Assembly (NCBI GenBank): GCA_052146895.1
Contig: JBKQLZ010000116.1
Span: 1-52,848, forward strand
DNA: 52,848 nucleotides
Source of the DNA: Acidimicrobiales bacterium
GTDB lineage: Bacteria > Actinomycetota > Acidimicrobiia > Acidimicrobiales > Bog-793
Direction: 5' to 3'
Within the stretch, counting starts at the first letter, position 1; each line of letters begins with the position of its first letter. Below, in pieces: positions 35,078 to 44,029 of the stretch. The position numbers and the translations under genes were made by a program. A model generated the notes under the pieces. The model made no database searches, was not told the origin of the DNA, and saw only the letters and a program-made list of their open reading frames with translations.

Positions 35078-36250
35078 TTGAGCCCATCGGACACTCCCAC
35101 TCGATCGCATCAACGAACCACCGGCGGCATCCGAGGGCTGCTTGCGCGTCTCAGCCCCCGCCAGCGCACTGCCTCGCTGGCAGGCACGGCCGTCGTAGTC
35201 GTCGCGGTCGTTGTCCTCATCGCGACGCTCGTGTTCGCGTCGTCGTCCCCGAGGCATCACAACCACTCGAAGGGGGGCTCGTCCACGACGAGTTCCTCCT
35301 CGTCCACGCCGACCCACCCGAAGACCGCGAGCGACCTCTGTCCCCTTACAGGGGAGCGGGCGCCGGGTGGGAAGGTCCCGCAGCGCCCAGCGATCGGCAT
35401 CAAGATCGGCAACGACCCGCTGGCTCGCCCGCAGAGCGGCTTGCCCAATGCCGACATCGTCTACGAAGAGATGGCCGAGGGTGGCATCACCCGCTACCTG
35501 GCGATCTTCCAGTGCCATGGGGCTGCTCTTCTCGGACCGGTGCGCTCGGTCCGTTGGGACGACTGGCACGTTCTCGCCACGTATCGGCATCCGATCCTCG
35601 CTTATAGCGGCGGGATAGGGCTTTGGGAGGATGTAGCTGCAGGCCAGAAGTGGCTCTACAACGCCGACGGCTCGTTCTACCCGGCCGCGAACGCGTACTA
35701 CCGCACCTCGAATCGTTATGCGCCTGAAAACCTCTACACGAGCACGAAGGCACTCTGGGCGCTCGACCCGTCGATGCACCTGCCGCCACCACCGCAATTC
35801 CACTACCGCTGGGCCGCGCCGAAGACCGCAACGGCCGCTGCAAGCGTCACGATCGTCGGCTTCTCCGAGAGTGAGAACGTCACCTGGACCTGGGACGCCG
35901 CCAAGAAGTACTGGCTGCGCTGGCAGGGCGGTCTGGCCGACACCGATGCATCCGGTCAGCAACTACATGCTGTGAACGTCCTCGTCGAGATGGTCCATTC
36001 ACAACCGGAGCCCTGCTGTGAGAGCGGAAGCACGCCCGGAGTGGAGTCGATGACCGAGGGCACTGGCGTTGCCTACGTCTTCCGCAACGGAATGGTCGAA
36101 AAGGGGACCTGGAGTGCGGCGGCGTACAAGGACATCGCACAGCTGCGCACTGCGAACGGCAGCATCATGGCGCTCCACCCCGGAAACACCTGGGTCGAGC
36201 TGGTGCCATCGCCGTACCCGACGTCGTATGTTGTGCAGATCAAGGTGTAG
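35078..36250 (+). CDS. DUF3048 (YerB-like) membrane-anchored protein
   Basis: One TM helix and Ser/Thr linker, then CPLTG, KIGND..ARPQSGL..ADIVYEE.AEGGITRY, GPVRSVR, APENLY, PGNTWVE. Start uncertain (TTG 35072/35078). Confidence 0.85.
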   Translation: MSPSDTPTRSHQRTTGGIRGLLARLSPRQRTASLAGTAVVVVAVVVLIATLVFASSSPRHHNHSKGGSSTTSSSSSTPTHPKTASDLCPLTGERAPGGKVPQRPAIGIKIGNDPLARPQSGLPNADIVYEEMAEGGITRYLAIFQCHGAALLGPVRSVRWDDWHVLATYRHPILAYSGGIGLWEDVAAGQKWLYNADGSFYPAANAYYRTSNRYAPENLYTSTKALWALDPSMHLPPPPQFHYRWAAPKTATAAASVTIVGFSESENVTWTWDAAKKYWLRWQGGLADTDASGQQLHAVNVLVEMVHSQPEPCCESGSTPGVESMTEGTGVAYVFRNGMVEKGTWSAAAYKDIAQLRTANGSIMALHPGNTWVELVPSPYPTSYVVQIKV

Positions 36251-36289
36251 TCAGACCTCGGCTCTGGTTGCTCCGGAGAGGATGACCGA

Positions 36290-37504
36290 ATGAAACTGCT
36301 GCTCGTCGGCGCGGGAGGAGTGGGGGAAGCCGTCGGTGTGATGGCTGGCCAGCGAGGCTTCCTCGAGGGTTTGGTCGTCGGTGATCTCTCGGTCGAACGA
36401 GCTCAGCGTGTGGCTGGGAGGGCGGGCTCCTCACCGGCTGAGGCGGTCCGGTTGGATGCGACCGACCGCAGCGCAATCGCCGAGTTGGCACGGGCGAGAG
36501 GGTGTGACGTCGTGTTCAACGCGTGCGACCCTCGTTTCGTCATGCCTATCTTCGAGGCAGCCCTCGAGGCGAACGCCGACTACGTCGACATGGCGATGTC
36601 GCTCTCCCACCCCCATCCTGAGGCGCCCTACGAGAAGACCGGCGTCATGCTCGGTGACGAGCAGTTCGCCCGGCACGAGGACTTCGAGGCCCGGGGCCGG
36701 CTCGCGCTCGTCGGCTGCGGCGTTGAGCCCGGCTTGTCGGACGTGTTCGCCAGATATGCGGCGGACAACCTCTTCTCCACTATCGACGAGGCCGGCGTGC
36801 GGGACGGTGCCGATCTCGTGGTGGAGGGATACGACTTCGCCCCGACGTTCTCGATATGGACGACGATCGAGGAGTGCCTCAACCCGCCGATCATCTACGA
36901 GAAGGATCGCGGCTGGTTCACGACCGCGCCGTTCTCCGAGCCGGAGGTGTTCAACTTCCCCGAAGGCATCGGAGACGTGACCTGTGTGAACGTCGAGCAC
37001 GAGGAAGTCGTGCTGATACCTCGCTGGGTCGACGTCGGCCGGTCGACGTTCAAGTACGGGCTCGGAGACGAGTTCATCGGCGTGCTGGAGGTACTTCACA
37101 AGCTCGGCCTCGATTCGACGAAGCCGGTGAAGGTCCGCGGAGCCGAGGTGTCGCCACGGGACCTCGTCGCCGCCTGCCTGCCTGACCCGGCGACGCTCGG
37201 TGACCGCATGCGTGGAAAGACATGCGCCGGCACGGCTGTGTATGGGACGGGCAAGGACAGCTCGCCGAGGGCGGTGTACCTCTACCACGTGTCCGACAAC
37301 GAGGAGACGATGGGGCGCCACGGGTGCCAGGCCGTCGTCTGGCAGACCGCGATCGCTCCTGTCGTCGCCCTCGAGCTGCGCGCCGGCGGTCAGTGGGAGG
37401 GAGCCGGCGTGCGCGGGCCGGAGTCCTTCGACCCGATGCCAATGCTCGACCTCTTCACCGAGTACGGCGAGCCCTGGCACATGCGGGAGGAGACGCCGCG
37501 GTAG
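36290..37504 (+). CDS. Saccharopine dehydrogenase family protein (carboxy(nor)spermidine-dehydrogenase-like)
   Basis: Rossmann GAGGVG, NACDPRF, YVDMA, GCGVEPG, FSIWTTIEEC, EHEE, GKTCAG, QTA. Confidence 0.85.
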   Translation: MKLLLVGAGGVGEAVGVMAGQRGFLEGLVVGDLSVERAQRVAGRAGSSPAEAVRLDATDRSAIAELARARGCDVVFNACDPRFVMPIFEAALEANADYVDMAMSLSHPHPEAPYEKTGVMLGDEQFARHEDFEARGRLALVGCGVEPGLSDVFARYAADNLFSTIDEAGVRDGADLVVEGYDFAPTFSIWTTIEECLNPPIIYEKDRGWFTTAPFSEPEVFNFPEGIGDVTCVNVEHEEVVLIPRWVDVGRSTFKYGLGDEFIGVLEVLHKLGLDSTKPVKVRGAEVSPRDLVAACLPDPATLGDRMRGKTCAGTAVYGTGKDSSPRAVYLYHVSDNEETMGRHGCQAVVWQTAIAPVVALELRAGGQWEGAGVRGPESFDPMPMLDLFTEYGEPWHMREETPR

Positions 37505-37514
37505 ATACGCACCG

Positions 37515-37533
37515 GTAGCACTTGATGTGCTAC
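37515..37533. promoter_or_regulatory. Toxin-antitoxin operator inverted repeat overlapping a -10 element
   Basis: GTAGCAC-TTGAT-GTGCTAC, a perfect 7-bp inverted repeat. TACATT (37531-37536) lies 5 nt before the antitoxin ATG. Confidence 0.75.
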
Positions 37534-37541
37534 ATTTGGCC

Positions 37542-37817
37542 ATGACCAGAATCGGCATACGAGAACTCCGGCAGCACGCCAGCCGATACCTGGACAAGGT
37601 GAAAGCGGGCGAAGTCGTCGAGGTCACCGAACGCGGCAAGCTCATCGCCCTGCTCATGTCGCCGACCCCTTCTGCCAGCGAACGCGACCGTCTTATCTCG
37701 AGCGGTCGCCTTGCGCCCGCGAGCTCAGCCTTCCTGCTGCCCGAGCGCCGAAGCGTCGCTGGTGGGCAGCCGGCGTCGGAGGTCCTCGCCGGAATGCGCG
37801 AGGACCGACTCGCGTGA
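37542..37817 (+). CDS. vapB: Phd/YefM family antitoxin (VapB)
   Basis: MTRIGIRELRQHASRYLDKVKAGEVVEVTERGKLIA; acidic/Arg tail; GTGA overlap with the toxin. Confidence 0.9.
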   Translation: MTRIGIRELRQHASRYLDKVKAGEVVEVTERGKLIALLMSPTPSASERDRLISSGRLAPASSAFLLPERRSVAGGQPASEVLAGMREDRLA

Positions 37818-38206
37818 TCTACCTCGATACGTCGGCGCTCGTGAAGCTGGTGTTCGAGGAGGACGAGAGCGCCGCCTTGGCGGAATGGATCACCGAGAGG
37901 GTCGAGTTACCCAAGATCAGCAGCGAACTGTCCACGATCGAACTTCTCCGGACATGCCGGAGAATTGACGAAGGCTCTGTCGTGGCTGCCGTGTCCCTGC
38001 TCGCAGGGATTGATCTACTTGCCATCGATCGCTCCATCGTCGAGCAGGCCGCAATGGTCACTCCGAACGAGCTGCGGAGCCTTGACGCAATCCACCTCGC
38101 GAGTGCGTTGTCGGTGAAGGCCCACCTGACCGCGTTCGTCGTCTACGACAATCGACTGCGCTCGGCGGCGCTGCAGGCAGGTATCGGTGTCGAATCGCCC
38201 GCTTGA
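37814..38206 (+). CDS. vapC: VapC PIN-domain toxin
   Basis: Motifs IYLDTSALVKL, IEL.R, LRSLDAIHLASA, VVYD.RL. Confidence 0.93.
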   Translation: MIYLDTSALVKLVFEEDESAALAEWITERVELPKISSELSTIELLRTCRRIDEGSVVAAVSLLAGIDLLAIDRSIVEQAAMVTPNELRSLDAIHLASALSVKAHLTAFVVYDNRLRSAALQAGIGVESPA

Positions 38207-38252
38207 GAGTGAGCCTCTCAAGTTCGCCTCACGCGGCGCGATGAGCGCGTTC

Positions 38253-39818
38253 TCAGCGCGTTCCGCCCGTGCTCGGGAACCCGAGCTGGACCCCGCCGCC
38301 TGAAGCGCGCGCGGCCGGATCGGGCCAGCGGGAAGTGATGACCTTGCCCCTCGTGTAGAACGCGACCCCGTCGCGGCCGTAGGCGTGAAGGTCGCCGAAC
38401 AGCGATGCCTTCCAACCGCCGAACGGGTAGTAGGCGACCGGGACCGGGATCGGGACGTTCACTCCGACCATGCCGGCCTCCACCTCGTGCTGGAACCGAC
38501 GGGCCGCACCGCCGTCGTTCGTGAAGATCGCCACCCCATTGCCGTAGGGATTTGCGTTCACGAGGGAGACGGCTTCGTCGTAGGACGCGGCGCGCACGAC
38601 CGAGAGCACTGGGCCGAAGATCTCGTCGGTGTAGCAGGGCATGCCGGGCCCGACGTGATCGAGCAACGTCGGGCCGAGGTACCAGCCCTCGCCTGCGGCC
38701 ACTCGCTCGTGTGTGCGCCCGTCCACCACGACCTTGGCACCGGTGGCGGCCGCGCCGTCGACATACGAAGCGACACGGTCCCGGTGGGCCTCGGTCACGA
38801 GCGGGCCCATCTCGGAGTCGGGGTCGTTGCCAGGTCCAACGGTGATCGACGAGATCCGCTCCGCTATGGCTGGGACGAGCTCGTCCGCCACCGGGTCGAC
38901 CGCCACAACAACCGACACGGCCATGCAGCGCTCCCCCGCGGACCCGAAGCCGGCCGAGACTGCCGCGTCGGCAGCCTGCCCGACGTCGGCGTCGGGCAGC
39001 ACGACCATGTGGTTCTTCGCGCCACCGAGCGCTTGCACCCTCTTGCCGGCCTTCGTGGCGGTCTCGTAGATGTAGCGGGCCACCGGGGTGGACCCGACAA
39101 AGCTCACGGCCCTCACCAACGGGTGCCCCAACAACCCGTCGACCGCCTCTTTGTCACCATGAACCACGGAGAAGACCCCGTCGGGCAAACCGGCGTCCGC
39201 GAGGAGCCCAGCGACGAAGACCGAAGCCGAGGGGTCCTTCTCGGAAGGCTTCAGGATGAAGGCGTTACCGCAGGCGAGCGCGACAGGGAACATCCACATT
39301 GGCACCATGGCGGGAAAGTTGAACGGCGTTATGCCGGCAACCACGCCGAGCGGCTGGCGCAATGAGAACGTGTCCACGTTGGACGAGACGTTCTCGGAGT
39401 ACCCGCCACGCAGGAGGTCCCCCACCCCGCAAGCGAACTCGACGACGTCGATGCCCCGCGCGATCTCGCCAAGAGCGTCGGCGTGGGTCTTGCCGTGTTC
39501 CGCCGTGATGATCGATGCGAGCTCGTCGCTCGACGCGACGAGGAGCTCCCGCAGTCCGAAGAGCACGCGGGTCCGCTCGGCGATCGAGACATGACGCCAC
39601 GACTGCCAGGCCTCATCGGCGACCTGGACGGCTTGGTCGACCACGTCGGAGGTGGCGAACATGACCTCACCCGAGAGCTTTCCCGTGGCTGGGTTGATGA
39701 TCTCGCCGGTGCGCGGGGCGGCCGCGACCGTCGCTCCCCCGCCTGCGTCGCCGAGGAACGGCTTGCCGCCGATCCAATGCGGGACGAGCGTGATCTCTGT
39801 GTCTTGGTCGCCCGTCAT
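38253..39818 (-). CDS. mmsA: CoA-acylating (methyl)malonate-semialdehyde dehydrogenase
   Basis: Motifs ITPFNFPAMVP, KPSEKDP, SFVGSTP, QALGGAKNH, GERCMA, EIFGPV, GVNVPIPVP, FGGWKASLFGD. Confidence 0.93.
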   Translation of the reverse strand: MTGDQDTEITLVPHWIGGKPFLGDAGGGATVAAAPRTGEIINPATGKLSGEVMFATSDVVDQAVQVADEAWQSWRHVSIAERTRVLFGLRELLVASSDELASIITAEHGKTHADALGEIARGIDVVEFACGVGDLLRGGYSENVSSNVDTFSLRQPLGVVAGITPFNFPAMVPMWMFPVALACGNAFILKPSEKDPSASVFVAGLLADAGLPDGVFSVVHGDKEAVDGLLGHPLVRAVSFVGSTPVARYIYETATKAGKRVQALGGAKNHMVVLPDADVGQAADAAVSAGFGSAGERCMAVSVVVAVDPVADELVPAIAERISSITVGPGNDPDSEMGPLVTEAHRDRVASYVDGAAATGAKVVVDGRTHERVAAGEGWYLGPTLLDHVGPGMPCYTDEIFGPVLSVVRAASYDEAVSLVNANPYGNGVAIFTNDGGAARRFQHEVEAGMVGVNVPIPVPVAYYPFGGWKASLFGDLHAYGRDGVAFYTRGKVITSRWPDPAARASGGGVQLGFPSTGGTR

Positions 39819-41278
39819 CAGTCGATTGCGCTCATCACGTGCTTGATCCGGGTGTAGTCCTCGAATCCGTACATGGACAGATCCTTCCCGTACCCAGAGT
39901 GCTTGAAGCCGCCATGGGGCATCTCGGCGACGAGCGGGATGTGGGTGTTGATCCAGACGCAACCGAAATCGAGGTGTTTGGCCATGCGCATCGCCCGGCC
40001 GTGATCAGCGGTCCAGACAGACGATGCGAGGCCGTACTGGACGCCGTTCGCCCAAGCGAGAGCCTCCGCCTCATCGCTGAACCTCTGGACCGTGATGACA
40101 GGGCCGAAGATCTCGTTCTGGATCATCTCGTCGTCTTGGCGCAGGCCAGCGACGACGGTGGGCTCGAAGAGGTAGCCCCTGTCGCCTGTGTGGTGCCCGC
40201 CGGTGAGGACCTCGGCGTGCGACGGCGTGCGGTCGACGAGGCCGCTCACCCGCTCGAGCTGATTGACGTTGTTGAGCGGCCCGAAGTCGGCGTCCTCGAC
40301 GTCTGTGCCCCCGACCTTCTGGTTGCCTGCCTGCTCGACGAGTGCCGAGACGAAGTCGTCGTGCACCCCCGGACCGGCCAGCACACGAGTGGCAGCCGTG
40401 CAGTCCTGGCCGGCGTTGAAGTAGCCGGCAATGGCAATGGCCTCGGCGGCCTTCTCGAGATCGGCGTCGTCGAAGACGATTACGGGAGCCTTGCCCCCGA
40501 GCTCTAGGTGGACCCTCTTGAGGTCATCGGCGGCAGCGGCCGCGACTTCCATCCCCGCCCGCACCGAGCCGGTGATCGACACCATCGCGGGCGTGGGATG
40601 GGCCACGAGGGCGCGGCCGGTGTCCCGGTCGCCGCACACGACGTTGAAGACGCCCTCGGGAAGGAACTCAGCCAGGATCTCGGCCATCATCACGGTCGAC
40701 ACCGGTGTGGTGTCGGACGGCTTGAGCACGACCGTGTTGCCGGCCGCGATCGCCGGCGCCCACTTCCAAACGGCCATCATCATCGGGTAGTTCCAAGGCG
40801 TCACCTGGGCGCAGACCCCGATGGGCTCACGGCGGATGAAGGAGGTGTGGCCCGACATGTACTCGCCCGCTGCGCGGCCCTCGAGTACCCGTGCCGCACC
40901 CGCGAAGAAACGGATCTGATCCACCATCGGCGGCACCTCCTCACTCATGGTGAGACCGAATGGCTTGCCGGTGTTCTCGCACTCGGCACGGACGAGCTCC
41001 TCCGCCCGCTCCTCGAGGGCGTCGGCGATCTTGTAGATCGCCCGGCTCCGCTCTGACGGGGTCGTCTGGCCCCAGGTCTCGAAGGCGGCAGCCGCCGCCT
41101 GGAAGGCGGCGTCGACATCTGCTGCGGACGACTTCGGCGCCTCGGCGTATACCTCCCCGGTGCTGGGGTTGATGACTGGCGTGGTCTCGCCGCTGCCGGC
41201 GTCGACGAGCTTGCCGCCGACGAAGTTCTGCAACCGCCTCGTGCCCGCGCCGCTGGAACCGTTATCGGGTGACACCAT
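39818..41278 (-). CDS. Gamma-aminobutyraldehyde dehydrogenase
   Basis: Motifs DQIRFFAGAAR, TPWNYPMMM, KPSDTTP, LELGGKAP, NAGQDCTAA, WINTHIPL, EMPHGGFK.SGYGKDLS. TGATG coupling to mmsA. Confidence 0.92.
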   Translation of the reverse strand: MVSPDNGSSGAGTRRLQNFVGGKLVDAGSGETTPVINPSTGEVYAEAPKSSAADVDAAFQAAAAAFETWGQTTPSERSRAIYKIADALEERAEELVRAECENTGKPFGLTMSEEVPPMVDQIRFFAGAARVLEGRAAGEYMSGHTSFIRREPIGVCAQVTPWNYPMMMAVWKWAPAIAAGNTVVLKPSDTTPVSTVMMAEILAEFLPEGVFNVVCGDRDTGRALVAHPTPAMVSITGSVRAGMEVAAAAADDLKRVHLELGGKAPVIVFDDADLEKAAEAIAIAGYFNAGQDCTAATRVLAGPGVHDDFVSALVEQAGNQKVGGTDVEDADFGPLNNVNQLERVSGLVDRTPSHAEVLTGGHHTGDRGYLFEPTVVAGLRQDDEMIQNEIFGPVITVQRFSDEAEALAWANGVQYGLASSVWTADHGRAMRMAKHLDFGCVWINTHIPLVAEMPHGGFKHSGYGKDLSMYGFEDYTRIKHVMSAID

Positions 41279-41333
41279 GACCTCCGCTCGACTGTTGAAC
41301 AGGCTCGATCCTCCCAGATTAGATCCTGGCTCA

Positions 41334-41379
41334 CAAGCGATTCCGTCGTACTTGAGCCCCTCGGCGGCGGAATCGGTTG
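41334..41379. promoter_or_regulatory. Pair of putative Lrp/AsnC boxes, 31 bp apart
   Basis: CAAGCGATTCCGTCG (41334-41348) and CGGCGGAATCGGTTG (41365-41379); same pseudo-palindrome as at 45410/45441. Confidence 0.6.
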
Positions 41380-41425
41380 AAAGTCCTCTAGGCCACGACG
41401 GAGCAGGCAAGTAGGCTGCCCGATC

Positions 41426-42817
41426 GTGGCCGACTACGGGGACGTCTCGTTCTGGATGGACTCGCTCGGCGAGCCCGTGGTACCTCGGGTGGCCCTGCCC
41501 GGCGACCTCGAGGTCGACGTCGCCATCGTCGGCGGGGGTTACACGGGACTGTGGACTGCCTACTACCTCGCGCAGCTGTCCCCCGGATTGCGTGTCGCAG
41601 TTCTCGAACGGGAAGTGGTCGGCTTCGGTGCCTCCGGTCGAAACGGAGGCTGGTGCTCCGCCCTCTTCGCCGCCTCTCACGCCCGCTTGGCTCGGGAATT
41701 CGGGCGAGACGCGATGCACGCGATGCGTCTCGCCATGAACGACACGGTCGACGAGGTCGGGAGGGTCGCTGAGACCGAGGGGATCGAGTGCTCGTACCGG
41801 AAGTCCGGGACGGTCACCGCTGCTCGCTCGGCTGCCCAGGTCGTCTCGATGCAGGAAGAGCTGACTGGGGCGCGGGAGTTGGGCATCGGCGAAGAGGACC
41901 TGCGCTGGTGCGACGGGCTAGAGGCGTCGGAGCTGTTCCGGGGCTCCGGTGTCCGTGGCGGTCTGTTCACGCCGCATTGCGCGGCGATACATCCCGCACG
42001 GTTGGCGCGGGGGTTGGCGCGAGCCGTCGAGCGTGCCGGCGTGTCCGTGTTCGAGAGCACCGAGGTGGTCAACGTCGTGCCCGGACCGCGGCCGGTCGTC
42101 GTGACTCGCTCCGGGCGAGTGCGAGCTGGGACTGTGGTCCTCGCCACAGAGGGATACACACCAGGGCTCGCCGGGCACGAGGCCGATCTCGTGCCGATCT
42201 ACTCGCTCATGGTGGCGACCGAGCCGTTGGGCGATGAACGGGTGGCCTCCCTCGGGTCGGCGTTGGCTGCAGGCGCGACGTTCGGCGACGGGCGCCACCT
42301 CATCATCTACGGGCAGGTGACGGCGGACGGGCGCCTAGCGTTCGGCGGGCGTGGCGCTCCGTATCACTACGGGTCTGAGGTCCGGGCCGAGTTCGACCGC
42401 AACCCCCGCGTGCACGAGTCGATCCGGAGGGCGATCGACGACTTGTTCCCGCATCTGGGGGACTTCCGGATCACCCATCGCTGGGGAGGGCCGATCGGTG
42501 TTCATCGCGACTGGTTCCCGTCCGTGCGACTTGACCGCCGCATGGGGGTCGCGTCGGCTGGTGGTTACGTGGGCGACGGGGTCGGCTGTACGAACCTGGC
42601 CGGGCGGACGCTGGCTGACCTGATTCTCGAGCGTTCGAGCTATCTCGTGTCTTTGCCATGGGTGGGGCACGAGAGCCCGCAGTGGGAGCCCGAGCCCCTG
42701 CGGTGGCTCGGAGTGAACGCCGGGTTGCTTGTCATGCAGATGGCTGACGTTCTCGAGTCGCGGACTGGGCGGCCGTCGCGGTTGGCTTCGGCACTGGGGC
42801 GGCTGACCGGGGACTGA
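41426..42817 (+). CDS. FAD-dependent amine oxidoreductase (DAO/PuuB-like)
   Basis: Motifs SFW, DVAIVGGGYTGLWTA, GASGRNGG, HPARLARGL, FGGRG, WGGPIG, GYVGDGV, WEPEPLR. Confidence 0.88.
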   Translation: MADYGDVSFWMDSLGEPVVPRVALPGDLEVDVAIVGGGYTGLWTAYYLAQLSPGLRVAVLEREVVGFGASGRNGGWCSALFAASHARLAREFGRDAMHAMRLAMNDTVDEVGRVAETEGIECSYRKSGTVTAARSAAQVVSMQEELTGARELGIGEEDLRWCDGLEASELFRGSGVRGGLFTPHCAAIHPARLARGLARAVERAGVSVFESTEVVNVVPGPRPVVVTRSGRVRAGTVVLATEGYTPGLAGHEADLVPIYSLMVATEPLGDERVASLGSALAAGATFGDGRHLIIYGQVTADGRLAFGGRGAPYHYGSEVRAEFDRNPRVHESIRRAIDDLFPHLGDFRITHRWGGPIGVHRDWFPSVRLDRRMGVASAGGYVGDGVGCTNLAGRTLADLILERSSYLVSLPWVGHESPQWEPEPLRWLGVNAGLLVMQMADVLESRTGRPSRLASALGRLTGD

Positions 42818-42825
42818 ACGGTAAC

Positions 42826-42872
42826 TCGTTGCTCCGTCAGCGGCACGAAACTGTGCCGCTTCCGGGCAACGA
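42826..42872. terminator. Long imperfect hairpin between convergent genes (terminator or REP-like)
   Basis: TCGTTGC-TCCG-TC-AGCGGCAC-GAAACT-GTGCCGCT-TC-CGG-GCAACGA. Confidence 0.55.
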
Positions 42873-42884
42873 TTGCCGTCGTCT

Positions 42885-43148
42885 TCAGCCACTGCTCGTC
42901 GGGAGGTCCTGACTGACGATCTGGTCGAGATCGGCGCGGAATTGGCGGGCGTCGCTGCGCGAACCGCGAGCCGCGACGCGAACCAACTCGTCTCGTGGGA
43001 CGAAGGTTCGTCGCGTCTTGCTAATGGGGCGCAACTCGGCGACCGCGACACCGTTCCTTGTGACGACAAGGGTGGTGCCTTCGGCGATCGCCTGGATCAC
43101 GCACTCGGAATCGCTTCTCAACTCATCCTCTGAGATCGTCCACCTCAC
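42885..43148 (-). CDS. Orphan Phd/YefM family antitoxin
   Basis: TISEDELRSDSECVIQAIAEGTTLVVTRNGVAVAELRP ... FRADLD. No PIN toxin downstream. Alternative start ATG 43160. Confidence 0.75.
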   Translation of the reverse strand: MRWTISEDELRSDSECVIQAIAEGTTLVVTRNGVAVAELRPISKTRRTFVPRDELVRVAARGSRSDARQFRADLDQIVSQDLPTSSG

Positions 43149-43179
43149 GGGCCTGATCATCCCACTTGGGGAGCATCTC

Positions 43180-43818
43180 TTAGGACGCGGTTGAGTGAAC
43201 CCAGAGCACCCCTACGTGTCCTGTCCTCGATAGCGAGATGATCGCCGGCGGGCCGACGCCACCATTTTCCTTCTGGTCAAGGTAGATGGTGCCGTTCGCT
43301 GCGACGGCGATCCCGGTCGGCCAGAACGGCCCAACGCCAGCGGGTCGAGTGAAGGACTTGTAGATGCTCGTACCCGGAAACGAGAGGCGGACGACGCGGC
43401 CCTGCCAAAGACCGAAGGCACCGACGCTCCCTGCTGCGAGAGCCGACCACGCGAGGTGCGGTCGAAGCGGGCCGAGGAGCTTCCAACTCGGCACCCATCC
43501 ATTCGGCACGCTCCCTGGGAAGTCCTCTACGTGATCGATCCCGATCGCATCGTCGGGCGTCGCGCTACCGAGCCCCGGCCGAACCGTCAGCCGGCGCCAC
43601 CGCCCGATCGCCAGCCGGTGGAGGACCTGTCGAGCCCAGGCGCCAGGGTCGTCATATCCCTGCAGCCGCGGCCACTCACGCCAAGCGCGGATCATCGTCT
43701 CTTGGACGAGGTCCTGGGCCTCGCCGGCGTCCCCAGTCAATAGGTAGGCCTGCCGCATCAGCGACCTCGCCTGCCCCCTGAAGAAACGCTCGAACTCCTC
43801 CTCGCCCGAGCCGCCCAC
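43180..43818 (-). pseudogene. Truncated ECF (SigE-type) sigma factor: region 2 only, fused in frame to a beta-propeller-like fragment
   Basis: Residues 1-99 are ECF region 2 (AYLLTGD..EAQDLVQET..RAW..W). No region-4 HTH seen in any minus-strand frame. The C-terminus has NHL-like PTGIAVAANGTIYL. Confidence 0.65.
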
Positions 43819-43909
43819 TCAACCTCCTCCAGCGCGATTCTCACACTGAAGGACACGCGCAGCTCGCCGTCGCGCTGCGCCACGGCTTGGCGAGATTCGC
43901 GCCGCGTGG

Positions 43910-43957
43910 GATCGTGACTCAGAACGCCGGATTTTCCCGCTGTTCTGAGTCACGATC
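43910..43957. repeat. Perfect 16-bp inverted repeat (REP-like element or terminator)
   Basis: GATCGTGACTCAGAAC-N16-GTTCTGAGTCACGATC, downstream of gabT. Confidence 0.75.
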
Positions 43958-44029
43958 TTGGATGAGGACCCCTGAGGGAACGCCGCGGCGGGCGAGGGGC
44001 CGGACCGGCCAAGCCAAGCCAGCGCCGCG

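Noticed and set aside
42335-43069. 244-aa minus-strand ORF as the toxin partner of the orphan antitoxin
   Set aside because: No PIN or RelE motifs; mostly antisense to the FAD oxidoreductase.
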